The translations under genes were made by a program, and so were the position numbers. A DNA stretch of 54,243 nucleotides from Gonapodya sp. JEL0774 (lineage: Eukaryota), in contig JADIIX010000034.1 in NCBI GenBank assembly GCA_027604505.1, forward strand, positions 124,001 through 178,243, in the 5' to 3' direction. Every line of letters begins with the position of its first letter. Position 1 is the first letter of the stretch. Positions 47,997 through 54,243 of the stretch are shown here, piece by piece. The notes beneath the pieces are model-generated. The model had not been told where the DNA came from. It made no database searches and saw only the letters and a list, made by a program, of their open reading frames with translations.

Positions 47997-48358
47997 TCAC
48001 AACTTGGCACCCACTGATCAAATGCACCTGCCATTTCTGCCTCGATGCCGGCAGTGGATCCGCTCAACAAATACTCATGTACGACTCCGATACAAAACAG
48101 CTATGGCATATGACCTAATCCTGTCAGAATGACTTATCGAATTATGATGCTAGTTACTCCGCTTAGCATTAAAATGCATGTGGATAACCCGCCGTTTTTG
48201 TTAGTTTCTCCCACAAAGATGACATTGTGTCAACAAGTTTGGGAGAACAGCTTCTTGGGCAACCAGAAACTCGGCTTTTCTCCAGTTGGTGGGTGGCACG
48301 GGGCTCGAGGAAAAGATGTCTCGGTAACGAACTCCCGCAATCTCGCGAAACAGAAACC

Positions 48359-51300
48359 ATGAGCGCTATTTCTACAGCAGCTCGAGCGGGAACCGTGCCT
48401 CGCTCTTCTCATGCCTTACGCTTGCTGCCGGCGCTTGGAATCGCTTCTGCTCATACTCCTGTATTGACCCGCAATGATGCCCTTTCTGTCCCGCGCCAGT
48501 CAGCGACTGTGCAGCGAAGATGGAAGTCTCAAGCTACAACGTGAGCATCTTGTAGAATCATTCCATCGGAAAGGACGTTTCGCTGTCCCGGGATCACATA
48601 AACCGGACTAAGGTGACGTCGGAACTTGTTTGGCCAGCTGGCACTCTTGAAACCAGCGAGAGTGTTCAGGAGGGCTCTAGAGGAGACTCCTTAGCCACTG
48701 TCTTCGGCTTGCGTCAGGTGAACCCGTATTTGGACCTGTACCACTTCTTCTGACTCACGCGAATCTGGACAAGGCCCTTGAGCGAGCGTGGAAGGCACTT
48801 CTAATAGGATAGGTGATGCGTTTTCGGATTTATGTTATAGAATATTCGGCTTGAATGGATTGCATTTCCTATCATACCGGATTCACGGATGGAAGGACCT
48901 TTGCGACCTGCCTAGAAAGTGCTGACTTCACTTTGGAGACACTCTCTGCGCACCCTGTTTGCTCCCCCACACGTTCTAAAATGCGTTGACTTACACCCTG
49001 TACAAATTTTGTCCTCAGCCCGCCCACCACCGTCACTCCCACCCGCTCTTCATCTACCGCTACGGTCCCACTTCCCACCACTTCAGCTCCTTTAACCTCC
49101 CCCGCTCTTGATGACTCCTTTGTTGGTATGACTGGTGGAGAAATCGTTCATGACATGCTCCGCCGTTTGGGTGTCCGCACAGTATTTGGGTACCCTGGTG
49201 GTGCGATTTTGCCGGTGTACGATGCGATTTATGAAAGCCCGCATTTCCAATTTATCTTACCGAGGCACGAGCAGGGAGGTGGACATATGGCGGAAGGATA
49301 TGCACGAGCTACGTAAGTTCGTAAGCACAGTTTGCCATTATAGGTCACTACAACGTCTCGCAACTGTCACTTCCGGCTCTTTGTCTTCTTATCGCGACAG
49401 GGGAGAGGTCGGAGTCGTCCTTGTAACGTCTGGTCCTGGTGCTACAAACGTTGTGACGGCGATGCAGGATGCCCTTTCGGATGGAACACCCATGGTTGTC
49501 CTTTGTGGCCAGGTCCCAACTACAGCTGTGGGAACCGATGCTTTCCAGGAAGCGGACGTTGTCGGCATTTCTCGCTCGTGTACCAAATGGAATGTCATGG
49601 TGAAAGATATTTCGGAGCTTCCCCGCCGGATCAACGAGGCGTTTTACATCGCGACGCAAGGACGTCCTGGCCCGGTCCTTGTTGACTTACCGAAGGATGT
49701 GACAGCCGCTACTCTTAGGAAGCCCATCGCCGGCGGTATCGACGTCGCCATACCTCAAATCCGCCCGCTGACCCCAGCCCCTCAGCACAGCAGCGCCTTT
49801 TCCGCTGTGGTGCAACGATCAGCCCAGCTCATCAACAGCGCCAAGAGACCCATCATTTATGCTGGTCAAGGAATCCTTTCCACCCCGGAAGGACCGAAAC
49901 TGCTCAGAGAGTTTGCTGAGCGAGCCAACATTCCCGTCACTACTACTTTACAGGGACTGGGTGGATTCGACGAGTTGCACCCCCTGAGTTTACACATGTT
50001 GGGAATGCACGGTGCAGCCTACGCGAATCTGGCTATGCAGACGGCAGATTTGATCATTGCGATGGGTGCACGATTCGACGATCGCGTGACTGGGAATTTG
50101 AAAAGTAAATTTTGTAGTGGAATGCCCCTCTTGACGGTCTTATACCTCCCACGTGGGTCATGCTGATCGGTTCTATTCCATCTCCGCCAGAATTTGCCCC
50201 TGCTGCCAAAGCTGCTGCGAAGGAAGGTCGCGGTGGTATTATTCATTTTGAAATCATGCCTAAGAATATCAACAAGGTCGTTATTGCCACCGAGGCCATC
50301 GAAGGAGATGTGGTTACCAACTTGGGGATCATGTTGCCTCTCGTGAAGCGCGCAGAGAGGACGGAATGGTTTGACATGTTGGCGCAGTGGAAGACGAAGT
50401 ATCCGTTTTATTACCAAAAGAGTGCACCGGGTGAGAAGTTGAAGCCACAGGAAGTTCTGGAAGAGGTGGGCGCCTTTATGCAAGCCGTTCAAGGCGTTCC
50501 GATTTCCTTACCACGGTGCGGGTTCAATTTTTCTACGAAGCTGGAAAGACAGATCAAAGACATGAAAGAAAATGTGATCATCTCGACCGGTGTGGGTCAG
50601 CACCAGATGTGGGCCGCCCAGTTCCTACGGTGAGCCATTACGACGGTATTTGTCCTTGTGCATGTGCGAACTTGATATATCCACGACAATCAAATACGTC
50701 GAAGATGGCGCCAACCTCGCTCCTGGGTTTCTTCGGGCGGTCTTGGCACAATGGGGTACGGTCTCCCGGCTGCGATCGGCGCAAAGGTGGCATGCCCCGA
50801 GAAAATAGTCATTGATATTGACGGCGACGCCAGCTTCTCCATGACCGGCATGGAGCTGATGACTGCGCGACAATACAATATCGGTGTAAAGGTTTTGTTG
50901 CTCAATAATGACTTCCAGGGTGAGTCTCATTACTGGCTGTTCTAGTTGAGTGTTTTCTGTGCGTAATCTGGCCGTTTCCCTTCCCAGGAATGGTAAAACA
51001 GTGGCAAGATTTGTTTTACGAGCAACGGTACTCTGGTACGCAAATGACCAACCCCGATTTTGTCAAATTTGCTGAAGTGAGTCGACCGGTTTGTTTTTGG
51101 CTCCACTTACGGTTGAAGACACTGTCCCTATCGTTGCTCCACCCAAAAATTCTTCAACCAGTCTATGAATTGCAAAGGTCTCCGTGTTTCCACGCGAGAG
51201 GAGCTTCCATCAGTCATTGCAGAGTTTTTGGCAACAAATGAGCCAGTTTTGTTGGATGCTGTTGTGGAGAAGAACGAGCATGTCTTCCCCATGATGCCGG

Positions 51301-51383
51301 CAGGGAAGGCACTCCACGAGATGGAACTTGGACTGCTGAAGCTGGACGAACCAAGATTGCATGAATGGATGGGATCTGCATGA
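48359..51383 (+). CDS. ILV2: Acetolactate synthase catalytic subunit, mitochondrial
   Basis: [86 protein letters not shown] (ThDP motif), MVKQWQ. Long first intron at about 48541-49018. Confidence 0.96.
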
Positions 51384-51798
51384 ACAGCTATCTTACAACT
51401 ATTGGATAGGCATGAAAAAGTTAATTCCCTATCCGTTCTGCTTCTATGTACACTTGAGATGGGAATTGAACTCCATTTGAAAGCAGCGAAACCCACTTCC
51501 GTTTGTGTTGAGGTACACAACCAGGGATTTTGAAAGAAGCCTGAGGTCCTCAGCCCAGAGAAGGTCCAAAGTCTCAGAATCTGAGGTGCCTCTGACCGGA
51601 ATTCGAACAGTCTTGGTGCGGCAGAGTGTTGTATGACCTTGATATTCTTCCGTCTGTCACGGAGGGAACCTACTTCGGTTTGATAGTTTCCGCTTCGTTC
51701 AACGAGGAATTGATTTCGGGACGCTATATGCCGAACGCTCTGTGAAAGTGCGAGCGACAGTCGGTTAGCTATGCCCGATTGGATTTAACATTATGTGG

Positions 51799-51942
51799 TG
51801 TAACCGTGACGGTTCCGTGGGTCTGGACGTAGTCTCGAGTACTCGTATGTATATTGCTAGTGTCTCTAGTACATGTGGGTATTTACACTAGTCTGTGGCC
51901 ACCCAGTGGGCCAGATGTCATGGGTACACAACACTCCCCTCT
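51799..51942 (-). mobile_element. Putative short 3' LTR (135 bp, TGT...ACA) with adjacent polypurine tract
   Basis: TGTAAC at 51799 to ACAACA at 51933, followed immediately by CTCCCCTCT, which reads AGAGGGGAG|TGTTG on the minus strand (PPT-LTR junction). Confidence 0.55.
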
Positions 51943-52029
51943 GTTGCAATAAGTGTCCAAGTAGTCCGTTGAATAATAACCCTCAAGGATCTGAGAAATG
52001 TCCAAAAATTCTGTAATCGCCTTCAATCA

Positions 52030-54243
52030 GAGTTCCCGGGGAGAGAGAGGTCCGGAAACAAAGGGAAAAGCACGCCGGGGTTGGCTGCGGTAAAACCTTT
52101 GTCCCGCTATCCTCTCTATTGCATGAATCTTTTATCCGACCCAAAAAGTTCTTTTCCCCGACCCTTGGCGCACCTTTTTTCTGACCCTGTTCAGCCAAAA
52201 TATTTCTTTATTCTGCCCCCGGGTGTCTTTAATCTGACCCCGGGTGTCTTCTTCCTGACCCTGAGTGTCTTCTTTCTGACGCGGCTAAATAATGACTTTA
52301 TTCCGACCCAGTGCTGATCGACTTTTTCCCGACCCTTGGAAACACCTGTTTCCTGACCCCCGCGAATACTATTTTCTGACGAACTTTGAGCACTGTCTCC
52401 AGCTATGTCTCTATCCTGCCCGGAACCTCCGTACTCTACTTTGACAGGCCAGGAGCACGGGAAAGAGTCTCCAACGCTGTCAGCCAACAGAGTAAGTGGA
52501 ATTTGCTGGATTTACTGACCCTCACAATGTTTTCCATGTGAAACTCCCAATACAAAACTCAACATTTGTAGCATCCTACATTACAGACAGTACACCACTG
52601 ATAATGTGAAACTATACTAGAATTGTATTCGTAAAATCACACTTCTCTTTTGTTTCTAAGGCACGAGTCAATAATTCAGAGGGTGAATCTACTGTCTACA
52701 CTCAGCATGCGCCTTCAGTGATGCAGTACAGCACATTGGCGTAGTTTCGTGTCCTATTTATCACACCATGTGCAAACCTTGGCGTTGGTGAGGGCTGGTG
52801 GACACTTGGATTTTGGTGAATGCTGCGTTAAGCGTTTTGAGCGTGTATTCCCCAAAACCGCACCTTCCTAGGCCCAGAGCTGCCCCTTCCCTACAACATT
52901 GGGCTCACTTCAAGACTTGGGTTAATATATATTGCGCTTGATGCTTCCCAGCAGGCGTGATAATGTGGCAGTTAGCTACGAGCGCAGGTGACAGGAAGGG
53001 AGTCTGGGGTGGGGGTGTTACGCAAACGCATTCCATTGATGCAGGTGGCCCTAAAGATAGAGGCCTTCATTACATTGCAAGAATGGGGTTTCACAATCCG
53101 CAGTCCCTGTTTTCATTAAAATCCTGAGCGGATGCACCTGAAGACACAACTTGCACGCTGAGCACCATATCACCACTCATGGGAGACCGCCTCATGCTCA
53201 TTCTGCGAGCTGCCATCAGACCCAGGATCACGTCTGCGTTTCATTTTGCCTGCTGCTACTCAAAGCTCTAGGTCGTAAGTGTTCCAGAGGCAACAGCCCT
53301 ATGTCAGTCTTCACGCCCGAACTGATTCCCAGAAAGCGCTTGTATTTCCGATTAAGTAAGGAGTTTGATGTCAAATTTGGTATGTGAATCTCTGTGATTT
53401 GACGTTGGAATCCTGACTGATTGTGCGTGATGTCGTACAGGCTGATGGATCACGGAACTCGAACACACCAAAATGTTCTGAAACATGCAACCGCTTAGGG
53501 CGGAATACATGCCGTCTGCATGTTAGTGCATGAAAATTATTCCAGCTTGAAGATATTGCTCAAGGAGCAAGAAGGAGCAAGCTGCTCCGTTCCACAACAG
53601 AACGCACGACCAATAATACTGAATTTTGGGAATATTGCTTACTGAAGTTGTAGTAACAGACGTTTTGGACAAACAAAGTTTTCATTTGGGTGCGGCAAGC
53701 CAGCCTTGTGCGCGAAGACCACAGTTCTCCTTCACCACCGAGAGACTGGACTCTCCTGGTCGATTCGGGGAACCACCCAAATTAATGTATTTCACAGGAA
53801 GCGCAATAAAGGGTTATTGGATCACAATGTGCTCAAAGTAATTTGATTCTTCAGTTTGCCACAGGATGAGTACATGGACATTAAGATCAATTTGTGAAAG
53901 GCAATGCAAAAATTACAACTTCAGAATCCAAATGATATCACTAGTATTGGAATTGGCCTAGACAATGGTAGAATGAACCAGGATGTAAGTGAGCATTACA
54001 GGTTACAAACCATTCAACTCCATAATTTAAGAATATCATGTCATTCATAGGTGGATAAGAAAGAATTTGACGACAATTTTGTTTATGTTATTACCAGCTC
54101 AGATACCTTGATGTCAGCAATTCTGAATGGGCGTATATCAATCTTCCTTGACTGCTCTCATCGTCACAAGAATGAGAATAATGCTCCAATGACATTATTA
54201 TACACCTTGGATGTTCAAAATGGTGGTGGATTTCCCATTGCTG
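52030..54243 (+). mobile_element. Mutator-like (MULE) DNA transposon, left part, intron-containing transposase running off the window
   Basis: Exon 54051-54243 reads ISIFLDCSHRHKNENNAPMTLLYTLDVQNGGGFPIA, resembling the MULE first catalytic Asp region. AT-rich composition and repeat-rich subterminal region. Left boundary approximate. Confidence 0.65.
52134..52382. repeat. Array of C(T/C)GACCC motifs including a 21-bp tandem (52213-52283, x3.4), probable transposon subterminal repeats
   Basis: CTGCCCCCGGGTGTCTTTAAT / CTGACCCCGGGTGTCTTCTTC / CTGACCCTGAGTGTCTTCTTT, plus a duplicated TTTCCC(C)GACCCTTGG..CACCT..TCTGACCC block. Confidence 0.85.

Noticed and set aside
52213..52283. CRISPR-like array
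   Set aside because: Contiguous tandem units without unique spacers, eukaryotic context, no cas genes

Overview
Eukaryotic, intron-rich DNA (mostly 50-110 nt GT-AG introns, frequent AAG acceptors). The gene content (Zn2Cys6 and fungal MHR transcription factors, Nrc-2/Fpk1 kinase, class A GPCR) points to a fungus, most plausibly an early-diverging zoosporic one (inference). Manual splicing gives about 19 genes: DEAH helicase (5' end outside window), F-box protein, heme oxygenase, an orphan 3-exon gene, C2H2 TF, Zn2Cys6 TF, three NmrA-like paralogues flanking a nucleobase-deaminase-type amidohydrolase and a MOSC/mARC protein, an Fpk1/Nrc-2 kinase, a GPCR, an Avt-type amino-acid transporter, an AT-hook + fungal-TF-domain protein, Nhx1, an ankyrin protein, a PRISE-like SDR, glyoxalase II and acetolactate synthase. 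There is also an inverted pseudogenic copy of the helicase 5' half, and at the right end a short LTR with PPT next to a Mutator-like element. The top finding is an 8-exon gene at 28408-29883, only fragmentary in the ORF track. It encodes a 341-aa rhodopsin-class GPCR with Lys at the bovine K296 retinal-binding position but no canonical counterion, i.e. a candidate animal-type opsin in a fungus. All exon models and alignments were made by eye.
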